Assembly: GCA_002189035.1 (NCBI GenBank)
Contig: NEEC01000007.1
Span: forward strand, 2,232,001 to 2,296,000
Direction: 5' to 3'
From: Utricularia gibba
Taxonomy: Eukaryota; Plantae; Magnoliophyta
Length of the DNA stretch: 64,000 bases
Positions 1 to 13,679 of this stretch are shown in pieces. Position 1 is the stretch's first letter, and the number at the start of each line of letters is the position of its first letter. A program made the position numbers and the translations under genes. The notes under the pieces were generated by a model that saw only the letters and a program-made list of their open reading frames with translations, was not told where the DNA came from and did no database searches.

Positions 1-543
1 AAAAATCATTCTATATAAAATGTAATCCTATTCCATTCGTAATTAATGTTGTAAGATTAGTTTAAAGTCCTTATATCATTTTATGGGTTGAGCCCTTCAT
101 TTTTGTGAAAAAATTACAACTAGATAACGATTCTTTTTGGTTTGTTTTCGAAAAACAACTTTGAAAATGTCGTGTGACCTCACCGACCACTCTTTTGATT
201 GGCTTTTAGGTAAAACTACATTATAATAACCATTTAAATTCAAATAGATAATTTTATTAAAATGAATATCCGTATTAAATTTAATCATGAATTTCAGGGC
301 ATAGAAAAGTCAATCATTCCAGAGCTATAGTTAGAAAAGGGTGAAGTGTGTGTTGGAGTGAAGGGAAGGAGAGCAGCGGCAGCCCTGAACAAGAGGAGTT
401 CGCTGCAACGACGCCTCCCACTTATTCCGGGACTCTCCACTTTTACTCAGTCTCCGAGCACCTCCTTTTTCCCTGCCACAAATGCCTGCTATGATCCATC
501 TTCTTCTCGGCATCGCCCTCCTGTTTTGGCCCATGATCCCGCC

Positions 544-1410
544 ATGACCGTCAAGAGCGGCACCAGCCAAGCCTGCGCTGCCTGTAAATATCAACGACGC
601 CGGTGCACCTCCGAGTGCCTCCTCGCCCCATTTTTCCCGGCGGACGATCCCAAGATGTTTCAGAATGTGCACCGTCTCTTTGGCGTCAAGAACATACAGA
701 ACCTTCTCAAGGAGCTGAGCCCTCGAGACAAGCCAGAAGCCATCAAGTCCATCAAGTACCATGCTGATATGCGCGATAAGTATCCTGTTCGGGGATGCCT
801 TGTGGAGATTCAGCAGCTCACTTATTACCTGCATCTGGCGCAGAAGGAACTCCAAAACACTCTGCATCAGCTTTCTTATTATCGCCGGCATGAAGTGTCT
901 CCGATACCCCCAACCGGCGACGACTACATATCGGAGCTGCAGCTGGGTATCTCCCCTCCGGGGGACACCCTTTTTGCGTCCAACAACGGGAATGGGGATT
1001 ACTGCATGAAGTACCTAGACTTCAAGGAGGAGAACTATCCCCAATCTCAATGCCTACCAACGTGTTCCAGTAGCAATGAGAACAACCCACAGAACTCGAG
1101 TGTCATCATCTCTCAAACGTTCCTCCCTCAGAGCCCCTGTTTGCAGGAAGAAACCCACCTGGATTTCAGTCTTTTCGATCATATGGACGACACGCAATCA
1201 TCCTACATTGGGTACAAGGAGGCGTACGAGTCGAGGTGATCGATCATCCGTCTCCTCTCCTCTTCACCATGCTCCCTCCTTTTCATCTTGACTGATTTCT
1301 TGATGTACAACAGCTTGGAGTCTCCATTGAGGGATCATTCCCGGCAGCAGTTTGATGAGAACGAACTCAAGAACGCAGCGGCTTGTTTCAGCCTCACCAG
1401 CGTCAACTGA
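544..1410 (+). CDS. LOB-domain (LBD/ASL) transcription factor, class I, LBD27-like; 2 exons (544-1235, 1314-1410)
   Basis: C-block CAACKYQRRRCTSEC, GAS block FQNVHRLFGVKNI and YPVRGC. Splicing tcgag|gt at 1236 to caacag at 1313 gives the in-frame tail SSLESPLRDHSRQQFDENELKNAAACFSLTSVN* (TGA 1408-1410). Confidence 0.9.
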
Positions 1411-2216
1411 TGGATGAAGAGCAAGGGTTGTGCAAATGGAACATGGCTGTTAGATTTTCACAGTCTAGAGGTAACCTTCCTCCATTTTTGAGCAGACATT
1501 CACACCGGATACCTTATAAAACAGATAATCTTCTGGCAAAAACAAGAACAGCCTTAGCATTCACCACCTAATGAGATAATGAGCTCACAAGTTCACTGGT
1601 TAATTCTTTAGAATAACTTCTAAAAACCCTGCAAAAGTAAATTGATTATCAAACATTCTCTAGAAAGAAAGCAACTTTAGAATTTTTTTTATTTTTAATA
1701 ATATATTTGAAATAGTATATGCGTTTAAAATATTTAGAAGTAATTTTATTATAACAGTTTTTATCAACAAGTCTTTTTTTATAAAAAGTTTTAGAGATCA
1801 AACTCCTATTTTATTTGAATCACTTCTCGAAAATTCATTTTCGAGAAATAGAGTCGAGTAGAATTTTATGAAATTACAATTTTATTTTATTAGAATCACT
1901 TATTGAAAGTAAGTTTTTGAGAATTGCTGATTTAATTTAAATATAAATTCTCCGCACCGCTTGTAAATATTATCATTTTCATAATTTTCAATTAGTTTCT
2001 TGTGCTATTAAATGTTAAATGAAAAAAAATTACTATTCAATAAAAAATGAGTAAAAAATTACCATTTTACTCATAATTATTCACGGAATAAAAATATGTC
2101 TTAATTTCTGGAATTAATTATACACATAATTTACAAATTAAAGCCATTCTGTAGAGTTTATTTCAAAACTTAAAAGAAAATACTTATCATAAATGTGAAC
2201 GGAAAATAAAGCTAAT

Positions 2217-2280
2217 GACACGTGGTAACACGCCATTTGATAAGACTGGACAGAGTCGTTTGGTTCTCTCCTCTATAAAA
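2217..2280 (+). promoter_or_regulatory. G-box/ABRE (GACACGTGG) and TATA (CTATAAAA) upstream of B12D
   Basis: CACGTG at 2219-2224 and TATAAAA at ~2274-2280, about 85-145 nt upstream of ATG 2363. Motif match only. Confidence 0.4.
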
Positions 2281-2362
2281 TATGAAACGGTGTGGTATTT
2301 CAAGGGAATTATTCTTTAGCAATACGACGACTCTTCTCCCGCTTTTGTGGCGCCGGCAAACA

Positions 2363-3122
2363 ATGGCTTCCTCCGCCGCCGCCTCCTACCGCTGGATCAG
2401 GCCTGAGGTTTATGTTCTTCTTGACTCTTCCGAATCGCGAATAACTTTTTGTTGAACTTTTGCTGTTTTTTCCTTAGGCGTATCCGCTTTTCGCGGCCAC
2501 CGGTGTCGCCGTAGGTATATGCGTTTTTTCGCTGTTTCGCAACATCACCATCAATCCTGAAGTCCGGTATTAACCTTCTTTATCTTAGCGGCGATTCAGT
2601 TAAATTTTTAGTTGGAAATTTGTGAGTTTCTTTTAAATTTGGATGTCAGATGTTTTTCTTTTCATCATGTACATAATTTTTCTCGTATTGGAGAGGCTCA
2701 AATCTGTTCCTCTGTTTAAGGCTGAAATATTTTGCTTAAATGTAGAATCTTGTGAAGAAGATTTGTTGATAAAACGAGGGATTGGGTCACAGATGTGTAG
2801 ACAATACCTTGATATTTTTGGGGGCTCTGTAATGCTCAAAGTATGTCCTACCTCAACCATATACTTTGTGGCGCAGGGCCTCCTTGTTGCGTCACTCTGG
2901 TCTAACATTTGACAATAAAGCATGTTGGTTCTGTTGAATAGAACTTGATTGAATGACATATTGAACAGTGTGAGCAAGGAAGCTAGAGCTGCAGGTGTCC
3001 TGGAGAACTTTCAGGAAGGGCAGAAGTACAGGGAGCATTCACTGAGGAAGTTTGTGGCGAACAAGAAACCAGAGATCATGCCTACCCTCAACAGCTTCTT
3101 CAGTGATCCACCGAAGAACTAA
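2363..3122 (+). CDS. B12D: B12D (NDUFA4-like) small mitochondrial membrane protein; 3 exons, absent from the ORF track
   Basis: Spliced translation MASSAAASYRWIRPE|AYPLFAATGVAVGICVFSLFRNITINPEVR|VSKEARAAGVLENFQEGQKYREHSLRKFVANKKPEIMPTLNSFFSDPPKN*. Canonical GT-AG introns and the RWIRPExYPLF family signature. Confidence 0.92.
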
Positions 3123-3527
3123 GCTACCAATGACATATACAAGGATTAATGAAAGGAAAACATTGCAATCCTTGACAGATTGTCTTGAGAATGGTTCCCT
3201 ATGCTTGTGTCATTTTCGTTTGAGTGATTTTATTGAGTATTCCTAATGAAAACTTTTGATGGATCCGTAGAGTAGCCGAGCTGCTGGCATGTTGCCTATG
3301 AATGGTTTCGTGAGCTTTCCTTGTGAATCAGTTGCTTCAATGCCCCAAATGCCCAGGTCCAACTGTTTTTCAAGAATTGCCCCTAATTGAAGAATATTTT
3401 ATATCCACACTCCTCCCATGTCCCTGACACGTTCATAATTTATTCTTCTCCCTAGTTGAAGACTATTTATATGTACATTCCTCCTAGGAGTAGGTCCGTT
3501 CCCCGATGTGGGACACATAACCGCCTA

Positions 3528-4919
3528 CTACCTCAGCGCATCAAGAATCCTCCTCGCCATCTCTCTCGCCGGTGCACTTCCCGTAGCTGTTACCATCGCC
3601 AGAACCTCCGCCGCCGCCGCGTCCCTCGCCAGGCGTTTAAATCTCCGGCACTCAACACTCAGCATGCTCAGGCCCACGATAGAATTTACACGCGTGACTT
3701 CGTCACCGCCGCCGTTTCTCAGTATTCCCACCAGACATTCCACCGCATTCGCGTCTAGCAGCGCCGTCCTCCCTTTGCTACTTCCTGCCAAATTGCATAC
3801 CACCAGCACGGCGGCTGCCGCCACCTCCGCGTCCTTGAGCAGCCCTACTATAACTCCGGCGGCTCCTAGATTTATGAGTCTAGTTGCGTTGGCGTTTAAC
3901 AGCGTTAGGTGATACAGCGCCGCTGTGGAGTCGCGGCGGACCTGTGCTGTTCCTGATCTTAGAAGGTGCAGCAATGCCGGGAGAGCGCCGAGAAAGCCCA
4001 TGGCAGCTTTATTTTCGTTTTCGATTGCTAGACTGAAGATTGCACCCACTGCGTGCTCGCGAGATTCGTCGAAACCGTTTTTCATGATTTCGATTAAACT
4101 CGGAATCAATCCCGTCCGACGGATCTTGGCCTTGTTTTCTTTTAGCAGTGAAAGATTTACCAGAGCCGCCGCCGCGTTGCTCTGCACGGCGGCGTATTTT
4201 GAATTAAGGAGCTGCTTTAGGGAAAGCAAAAGCTTCTCGGTGCAGAGCATTGCCCTAGATTCCTCATCGGTACGGGTGGTGCTCCGGAGTTGAATCACGG
4301 CCTGTTCCTGCTCGAAAACATCCAAACTCTGCAACCTCGTCACGAAACTCTCATCTTCAGAGCATGAAATCGACGATGAAGCGGAAACGTAGTTTGACGA
4401 CGGCGGAGACGGAGACGGACACAGAGACAGAGACTCCGAGGTTTCAAAAAGAAGCGGCGGCGAAGAGTTGGCGATGACAGATTTCTCCGAGCTCGAGGAG
4501 GAACACGAATTCCTAGGAGTAAATTCCCCGGGCAACTCCGATTCCCATTCCGAATCCATAGCTCTAATTCTTGACGTGGAAGCGGCGGAGTCGCTGATCG
4601 GGACAACAACCGATTCGTTATCAGAATATTCAGGCTCGGCGGAGGGTTTCTTCCCTAACCTGTACCACCAATCGGAAATTACAGCCTTGGCGGCGACATT
4701 AGGAGCCACCGCGGAAAAATCGGGTATCAAGCCGCCGTCGGGAACCGTTGGCGTGAAATCCAAATCCCCGCAGACCTGAACACACACTCCGTCGAAACTG
4801 TGGCCGGATGAAACGACGGCTGGATCGAACATCAACGTGTTCGAAATGGGGTAAAAGAGCTCCTTTGGCGGCTTCGCAGTACGCCGGAAAAGACACCTCC
4901 AGCCTCGGAATGGGGCCAT
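3528..4919 (-). CDS. U-box/ARM-repeat E3 ubiquitin ligase, PUB38-41 type; intronless
   Basis: U-box PKELFYPISNTLMFDPAVVSSGHSFDGVCVQVC...PNVAAKAVISDW, Ser-rich linker, ARM repeats (AAAALVNLSL, HAVGAIFSLA, DSTAALYHLTL). First ATG at 4919. Confidence 0.88.
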   Translation of the reverse strand: MAPFRGWRCLFRRTAKPPKELFYPISNTLMFDPAVVSSGHSFDGVCVQVCGDLDFTPTVPDGGLIPDFSAVAPNVAAKAVISDWWYRLGKKPSAEPEYSDNESVVVPISDSAASTSRIRAMDSEWESELPGEFTPRNSCSSSSSEKSVIANSSPPLLFETSESLSLCPSPSPPSSNYVSASSSISCSEDESFVTRLQSLDVFEQEQAVIQLRSTTRTDEESRAMLCTEKLLLSLKQLLNSKYAAVQSNAAAALVNLSLLKENKAKIRRTGLIPSLIEIMKNGFDESREHAVGAIFSLAIENENKAAMGFLGALPALLHLLRSGTAQVRRDSTAALYHLTLLNANATRLINLGAAGVIVGLLKDAEVAAAAVLVVCNLAGSSKGRTALLDANAVECLVGILRNGGGDEVTRVNSIVGLSMLSVECRRFKRLARDAAAAEVLAMVTATGSAPAREMARRILDALR

Positions 4920-5533
4920 TTTTCCATTCCTTGTTGTACCCAGGCGACGACGAGAATCTAAGAAAAGCTCGAAGAAATCAATCCATGGCGGATCACTCGA
5001 GAAAAAAGGCAGCAATTTGCAGCAGCATCCGATGATGATTACTTCACCAGTAAGATTGCCGTTCACGGTATCTCCTCCGCATTTTCTACTTTTTATCTTT
5101 TGTCAACCCTCTTTCTTCTCTAAAGCCAAACACAAAATTTCCTTAATTATTATATTTATATAAATTATTTTGGGAAATATAATATTAAATAAATGAAAAA
5201 TGAGAATTGGGAAAATTATTTATAGATATTAATGAAATAAAATAAAATAATTTTCCATTTTTTAGATTTAGTAAATTTAAAAAATATAAATAAAATGGTA
5301 AAAATTCTAAAAGCTACTTATTGAGTAGCTTTTCCCATTGTCAAAGGAAGTTGGATCCCATGTAGAGATTGAAGTGCCTGGAGGACTTGCTTTTTTCTTC
5401 TTCCGTGGCTCGGGGTTCCACATCGGGTGAGGTGGAGATTGCGGTGGCCGTGGTCTGCGTCGGCGATGGCCGATGGGCAATCGTGAATCTGAAGTTGGAA
5501 GTGTGTCAGGAGAGAACGCGAAGGGAATAATCC

Positions 5534-7789
5534 ATGGCTGGACTTGAGGAACTGAAGAAGAAGTTAGTCCCACTCTTTGACGCCGAAAAGGGTCTCCCAT
5601 CCGAGTCTACTTTCGAACCTTCTGATTCCTCCTCCTATGTGGTACTTGGTTTTTTCTGGATTTCTCAACTTTCCCTCTTCTTTCTTGAATAGTTCATTTT
5701 GTTTTTGTTTGGATCAGTTATCTGGTGGCGGGGCGGTGAATCTGCTGAGCAAATCGTATAATATATACAATATAAACGAGCTTGGGTTGCAGAAATGCTC
5801 ATCATCATCATCGTCATCGTCGTTTTCTCCGGATGATGGGGAGAAAACTTATAGATGTGCTTCTCATGAAATGAGGGTATTTGGATCAATAGGCAGTGGT
5901 GCAAGCAGTGTTGTTCAGAGGGCTATTCATATTCCCAATCACCGGGTTATTGCCCTCAAGAAGATTAATATCTTTGAGAAGGTTTTATTTTTGATCCAGT
6001 CCCTGCCTTTAGAGCTTTCTTTGTTGATCTGCCCCGTGTGTTTTAACTGTATTTGACTTTCCTATCCAATTGCTATCGTCTGGGTCTTGAGATGTTCTTC
6101 ATTCTGTGATTCTCCTTCCTTTGTGTGATTCAGGAGAAGAGGAAACAGCTTCTTACAGAAATAAGAACATTGTGCGAGGCCCCTTGCTCTGAAGGACTTG
6201 TCGAATTTTATGGGGCTTTCTATACTCCAGAATCAGGACATATAAGTATAGCATTAGAGTATGTGGATGGTGGATCTTTGGCAGACATTGTTTCCTTGTG
6301 CAAGAGCATACCGGAGCCAATTCTTTCAGCGATGGTGAAAAAGCTTTTAATGGTAAGCTTCTTTTAGTTTTAAGTTCAGCTACAAATAAAATATGGTGTC
6401 TAACTGTTCATCTCTTCTTACAGGGGCTTAATTATCTCCATGGAGTTAGACATTTAGTTCACAGGGACATCAAGCCAGCAAATTTGCTCGTGAGTTTGAA
6501 GGGAGAGCCCAAGATTACAGACTTTGGAATTAGTGCTGGCTTAGATGATTCAATGGCTATGGTATGGCTTATGGTATCTTCAATTTAAATTCGACTACCT
6601 TGTTCATGAAATGCATCTTGTATTTTCAGTGTGCAACTTTCATTGGGACGGTTACATACATGTCACCAGAACGAATTCGTAACGAGAGTTACTCATATCC
6701 AGCAGATATTTGGAGCCTTGGCCTAGCGCTTTTTGAATGTGCGACTGGTCAATTTCCGTACTCAGCTAATGAAGGGCCTGTTAGTCTCATGCTACAGGCA
6801 AGCAATTTATTTGTCTTTTGCTCTTCTCGTTGAGCTTGCAGTTGCACCCGTCTTGGAAATTCTTCCCTTGTTAGAGTAACCTGTTTTTAAAGATTTTAGA
6901 TGATCCATCTCCATCATTACCGAAGGACCGTTTCTCCTCAGAGTTGTGTTCATTCATCGACATTTGCCTCCTAAAAAATCCCCTTGAACGTCCAACAGCA
7001 GAGCAGGTGACTGATCTTGTCTTTTTTGTGTATTGTAAGACTCCGCTTTGATATTTTCCATTGAATGGCACCTGTTTTCAGCTACTTTCACATCCTTTCA
7101 TAAAGAAACATGAAGACAGCAGAGTTGATCTGAGTGCTTTTGTTCAAAATATTTTCAACCCAACCTGGAGGATGAAGGAGCTGGTGGATGTAAGCCTTAC
7201 GATCATCTCCTTCGAGTTACCACAAAAATGATATGCCGATTGTTTCATGTGATGCCTCTCTTCACAGATGCTGACAATACACTATTACATGCTCTTTGAC
7301 GGACCAGATAATCTTTGGCATCATGCCAAGAACTTGTACAAGGACTCCTCTGTCTTCAGGTAAGCATTCCGCCAACACCCATATCTCATAAAAAGGCCTA
7401 ATCATGACACCATGATTTTCAGCTTCTGCAAGAAAGAATCAGTGGGAGTGACTGAGATTTTCACTGCTCTCTCGAGCATCCGGAGGACATTGGCCGGAGA
7501 TTGGCCACCGGAGAAGCTGGTTCACGTTGTTGAGAAGCTTCAGTGTCGACCGCATGGCTGTGATGGGTTCTCCATACGTGCAATGGGATCATTTATCGTT
7601 GGGAACCAGTTCTTAATATGCGGAGACGGTGTTCAGGCAGAGGGCCTGCCCAACTTCCGCGATGTCTCCATTGATGTTTTGAGAAGGAGAATGGGAAGGT
7701 TTCAGGAGCAGTTTGTTGTAGAACGGGGAAGCATGCTTGGGCAGTACTTCATAGCTGAGCAGGAGCTCTACATTTCTCAGCAACAGTAA
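5534..7789 (+). CDS. MKK3: MAP kinase kinase 3 (group B MAPKK with C-terminal NTF2 domain); multi-exon
   Basis: [20 protein letters not shown] start, [33 protein letters not shown] and the NTF2-like last exon [18 protein letters not shown]...[10 protein letters not shown]. Confidence 0.95.
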
Positions 7790-8277
7790 ATCATGGACTA
7801 GAATTATACAGCACACCTTCCTGTTATAATGACAGCACACCTTCGGCATATATTCTTCCTGTTGTTTTTGTAATTATTATGATCTTAAAGAATGAATAGG
7901 ATCAGTATTTTTTCATAGTTTAATTACTAATATTTTTTCAATCACATTTCATTAGTTGCTAATCTGTGAAGCAGTAGCATATCCTAGAAAAGTGACACCA
8001 TAAGATAGACATCCCAAACACCACAGCGCACTGCTGGAATCAGGAAACAATCATAACGGGAACTGAACAGAAAACCATTAGGATCACGGAAACAGTTATG
8101 GTGTTTCACTGAACAACCATCAATGTTGTGGACTACTCCCACACCCCTCTACTCCTGCTTGAACCAACACACACTGAATGGGGATAAAATCTAGGCTGGG
8201 AGATACGGAACTACGAATTGGGCAAAGCCAAGGACGTACCTGGAAGATTAACCAGCAAAAATAGTGGTAGCCCCTTC

Positions 8278-11200
8278 TCATCCGGTAGCACCGACATCGG
8301 CAGAAGGTGGGGAGCTTTGCCGCCTGTAATAGTTTCCTACACGTCTGGTCTGGCTCTGAACTTTCCTTGGACCTTGACGCTGACTACTGTTGGACGCAGC
8401 AGCCTGATCATTGGCCGTTTCAACTTTGTTACCCACTGGATGATCAGGGCGCACGTTCTGCCTTGGCTTTTCCTGTGCGGTTGTACTATGCCAGTTATCA
8501 TGTACAGAAGGCCACTCTCCACGAGAATCATGGACTCTGGAAGAACGATTATTCTGCCTGACATTACCCCTCGCCCCAGAATGGAAGTTTCTCTCGCGTT
8601 GATGGCCATCGTTGCTGGAATTTGGAGCTGGTTCTGGATTCTCAGATGGTGAACAATCCTGAGCGCTTTCGGGTAAAAGCCTTTTATCCTGCCCAAAATC
8701 TTTTAGTTGGCCTGCATTTGACACAGTTGTATCCCTTTTTGCATTGGCATGTTCCTGCAGTGACTGACCAACTCTGCTACTCTCAGTGCTATGTGCAAGC
8801 TCCTCGTGAACCTTGCGTTGCTGATGATGAACTTTCCTAGAGTGCTTATTAACCTCTGCAGCAGATTCACTCTCTAAACCTTGCGTTCTATTTTGTTCAT
8901 TACTAGGATTTGCTTGACTCTTGGGCTGCCAATGAGTAGATATCCTTTCCCCAAAGCTTCTGTTTTCTCTAGTAACGTTACCTCTATCTGTTTGGTTCCC
9001 ATCAGTAGCCCTAGACTGTACAAAATTCCCATCGACCTCATTCCCTGAGGCAAATTCAGAATCATGATGATTGAAAGTGCTTCTAGAGCCCCTATTAATT
9101 TGTCTCTTGGCCCTACTAGCCAGTAATGGAGCTTTCGTTGACTGGTTTCTGTTCATTGCAGGTGCTGCATCACTAAGCAATTCATTGCCATAACTACTCA
9201 GATCACAGGGAGGCTTGGTTTCATGGCCTGATGGCTGCAAGTTACTTTTCACGGATTGGGGAGGTTCCTTGGACTGTTGAAGCCCCTTCTCAGGATGGGG
9301 TTCAGTAACCTTGGTTTCAGATGAGTCCGCTCTTCGCCTCCAAGTAACACTATCCTTTTTGTGCTTAACAGGCCTAACCTCTCCTTCGTCAGTATTTAAA
9401 TCAGATCCAACATTCGTAACAGTCGTCCTGGTCGTTGCCATACTTCCAGAACTTGTCATGCCTGACTGTTCTTTTTGGGGCCCCCCAACAGATTTAGATG
9501 AGGAAAGGTGTTGGGTGCCGCTCTGCTGAGCCAGCTCCATCGCAATAGGTTTAGGTACATATCTCTCCATTTCAGCCCTCTTGCCCTTGGGAGCGTTCTG
9601 AGCCGTGCTATCATCGTTGGTAGAATTTGCGGAAACCTCTGCAGGCTTTTTACTAGATTCAACATTAGCTTCAGCCTTGGTATGATTCCTCACCGGAGCC
9701 CAGATAACATTATCATTGCTATGCAGCTTTTCTACAAATCTGTTTCCTTGTTGACTTTTTTGGAATCTGCGATGGTGTGGTTTCCACTGAGCAGAAACCT
9801 TGCGATCAGATTCCTCATTGGGTACAGGATCTTCTTGTACAATAGTGTCTGCCGTCTCACTGCTTAATAAGTGGCTCTCAATAGAGTTCTTCAACTCAGC
9901 ATTCTCAATTGACACCTCCCCAGAATCCGTAGAAGGCATTGCTTCTGAATGAGCTGAAGCTGCAAAGGTCTCATTCGACTGATGTTTATACCTAATGTTT
10001 CTGATATTTCTCTTTCTATGAGTAGCAGATGAAAGAGCGACAGCCTTGGATGTCTTTGCTATGGTCATTTTAGCTTCACTCTGAAGGTTGTATGACAAAG
10101 CTGCATCCCTATCATCAATTTCAGTATCAGAAACCACCGTACCAGATTTTGCTGTCATGCTCTTCAAGAACGTATTGTCTTCTGTCTGATAATTAGTGAT
10201 CCCCACATCACCAGATTCAGATGCTTCGTGTTTCGGACAACCAAAATGAACATCTACAAGTATTTGCACAGGTGAGATAACAAATACTGACAAAGTGATT
10301 TTCACCTTTAAGGAAATTCAACCAATGTATCACCTTGCTTTTCACTGCAGGATGGATTCACGGCGGTGTCATCTTGGATTAAAAGATCATCCCTTCCAAG
10401 CTCCACGGAGTTAATATCAACCATGCCTGGTTCACCAAACCGTTGTACCTCTCCTGAGGTGTGGTTCTCACCCATGGCTACCATCTTCTCAACCTTATGA
10501 CCTGCAGAATCACTAGAAAGGGTTCTCCGGTTCAGTTCTTCCAATTTAGCTAAAGCCTTGGCCTTCTGTTCTCTCATTCGTTCTTCCTCTTCCTTCTCCA
10601 GTTGCATTGCTCGTTGCTTTGCTAGCTCTCTCATTTTGGTGCGCTGACAGATTTCTTTTATATAAGTTCACGAGAAACCAGAATAAACAATTTAACAAGC
10701 TTGGTGTATAGAGAATGGTGTTAAGAACCTGCTCCTGAATATCAATTGAAACGTGTGTTTCAACCAAATCCCCTTCATTTCCTGATGGATTCATCACCAA
10801 GCTACATCCATACTCACCAGAGTCATCGGGTGCGTGTGTATTGGCATTGGTTATTGACCCTGTTTGTCTAGCTGAACCAGCAGACCAGGATTCAGAACTC
10901 AAAGGTCTCCTCTTCTGATTATCAACAAGATGGTCAGCAATTTGCTTCGAGTGGTAAGGTTTTCTGCATGATAAAACAGATATGGTCATAAAGCAGTCCA
11001 CATAAAAGGGAAGAGAAACAAAATTATGCTATCACTTGAACTGAACCTAGACAACACAGCAGTTGGCTGAGCCTTACGACCAACTGGAGCCTTCAATCCA
11101 TGGGCAACCGAGGAAACCCCTTTGGAAACACAACTTTCGGCAAACTGAGATTCATTTCTGTCATCTTCTTGATAATGATCACTAGAGGGGCCAGTTTGTC

Positions 11201-13679
11201 CATCAGACATGCGGACCTTTGCATTCAAAGAGTTGATTTTTTGAATTAAAGTTGAATTTTTCGCTCCAGCTGCATATGATGAATCCCTTTCACTCATTAC
11301 GGGATTTGGAAGCATTCCTTGAGGGATTGACAGAACCCCCCCAGATTCAATCATGGACTTAGAATCTGTATCTTCTTTCACACGCTGCACACCTACATGC
11401 AATTTCTTCATCTCATTTTCAGCAGAATGACCCGCATGCTGATGCTCAGGTGAAGTGGCATGGTTTGGTGTTTCACTGTTGGAAAATGTCACTTCGGCCG
11501 TTTCCTCCTCAGCACCCCATTCACTCTTCCTGGAATGTATCATAGGAAGCTTTCTCCCAGAATGTATGACTCCATCTCTATGGATATACTCGTCATGGTT
11601 CCCTTCAGGGGATCTTTTTGGTGCTTGACTATGCACGGGGTAGCCAACCTCTGTCTGTTCTGATGATGCTTTAGTAGAGGGAACATGCGAAGCTGGTCTG
11701 CCATGAGAAACACTAGTATCACCACCAGGGCCTCTAAAACCGTTGTACACAGGGTGACCTGCGGCAATGCCTATGAATGGTGGAACATCCCGCTCATTGT
11801 TACAATAACCCATTGGCGGTCTATAATAGCCTTCAAAAAGCATAGGAGCAGGGGGTCCTGGATAGAATCCTGGTCTGAAAGGAGGCATATTTGGAGAAGC
11901 AAAGGCATCTGGCATATGTGGTCTGAATGCATCACCACCTTTTGGATGGGGTCCTCTAGGACCAGTCCCAGGTGGAGGTGGTTGTGAACTCGCTAATGGT
12001 GGAGGGTGCATTTGATGATGATAATAAGGAAATGCATCTACCGGAAAGCCTCCTGGGGTATTAGGAATCCCTACAGCAGGTCCACCAGGGTGGCCCCCAT
12101 ACCAAATTCCTGCAGGTCCATTCATAGGAGGTCCACGCCAAGTATCAAATGGCTGACGTGAAGGATTGGCATTGAAACACTGAGGGGGTTCTCCACGCCT
12201 TTTCCCAGTAGCAAGATTTTTCCCATCCTCAAACCTTGGGGAGCTATCAGTACTCGGAATAATCAGAAATTCAGACTTCAAATCTGCACTAAAATTAAGG
12301 GCGTGCAAGTTATTTATGACAAATCTGCAAGGATTCAGATTATCACTATAGAAAATGAATGCTGACCAGTCTTTTCTTCATTAGTTTGAGTAACTTGGCT
12401 GGAAGCTGATGTGGGACGGCTGTAGCCTAGGGGAAAAAACCTTGAGGAAATCAGGCTGAATACCAGAATAAGATATACCAGATATAACCAAGAATATTTA
12501 AATTTTACTCAATCGCATTTAACATTACCAATACTTATTGACACATCAAGTGCAGAACAAAAAGATGCTCAGAGTGCTGAATACCAGAATAAGAGACAGC
12601 AATCAGAGAGAAAGCCAGAAAATCAGGACGACAAGCATACCTTCACATTCATTATTCTTTGTTACATTGTCCCTCCCAGAACCAAGATTGGGAAAATCTC
12701 CAGAACTCAAAGAGAAGCCATCCTCTTTCACGGATTTCACACCCTGAATAAATAAAAAAGAAAGGGAAATAATCTAGCCTTGATATTTATGTGTAGAAGA
12801 GACTTTAGAAAAAAAAAAAAAACCAAAATTACTACGCACCTCATACCAGAGGCTAAAAAATCATAATTTTTTACATAGCTGCAGCAATAACTAGAAAACC
12901 AATTTAACAACCAGATAAAAGACCTTATTGACTAAAAAAAAATACCATTTTTTCAGCTGCGATACTAGGGCCCCAAGCCATAGGGCGTTTGGGGACTGGC
13001 TCAGCAAACCTTGAAAGATGAGAGCTGGTGGGCCTGTTTTCGGCACTCCTAGGGCGCAGTGGTGTTGATGATGTATGGTTTGATGACAATGTCCCAGAAG
13101 ATGATGATGGTCTAGAAGTGGAAACCATACTAGTATCGGTGATGGTTTCATGTTGTTTATCACTCCCAGAGGTGGATGGTCTAGTAGCACTTCCACCAGA
13201 TGATGGCCGGCCACTGGGGTGACCAGGTGAACCAGGAACACCATCAGCACTTGGTGATGCCACGGATACCCATGGGTTGGAACCTGAGGAAGATGGGCGG
13301 CTTCCCCAGCTCAAAGTACCCCTGTTTTGTAAATAACAGTAATTAATTACAGTGGAAAAGAAAAAGCTGTGCATGAAAAAATCTTGCAATGGATGCCATT
13401 GATGATGAACTACATCAAGAGCCAATCTAAGAACTAAAAGCCTAATTGCAAAATAGGTTCTACTCACTTGGGAACAATTTCCACATTTGGATCCAATCCG
13501 TGATTCTCATGCCTTCGAATACAGCCATAGCGTTATCAAAAAGGCAAATGATATGACAGAGTAAATAAAAAATTAGCTGAATTTAAAAATGCACTTACCG
13601 CTGACTTGGAAGGTTCAGGGGCTTTGGAACAGCAACTTTTCCAAACACAGTCATACCCCCCCTTCTTGCAGATGCCCAT
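8278..13679 (-). CDS. MOS1: MODIFIER OF SNC1 1 (BAT2/PRRC2 N-terminal domain protein); multi-exon
   Basis: Exons read WASARRGGMTVFGKVAVPKPLNLPSQR, ENHGLDPNVEIVPK and GTLSWGSRPSSSGSNPW, then RELAKQRAMQLEKEEEERMREQKAKALAKLEELNRR and RMERYVPKP. First in-frame ATG seen is at 13654. Confidence 0.9.

Noticed and set aside
331-891. 186-aa minus-strand ORF and the 66-codon GTG-started extension of the LBD ORF
   Set aside because: Antisense shadow of GC-rich LBD coding sequence; the family N-terminus starts at ATG 544.
3456-5035. Series of plus-strand ORFs (100-134 aa) over the U-box gene
   Set aside because: Antisense to a GC-rich single-exon CDS, with no recognisable motifs.
5799-5823. (TCA/TCG)n repeat encoding poly-Ser in MKK3, and the GAA-rich poly-Glu tract in the RLCK (~62850-62885)
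   Set aside because: Ordinary coding microsatellites in low-complexity linkers.
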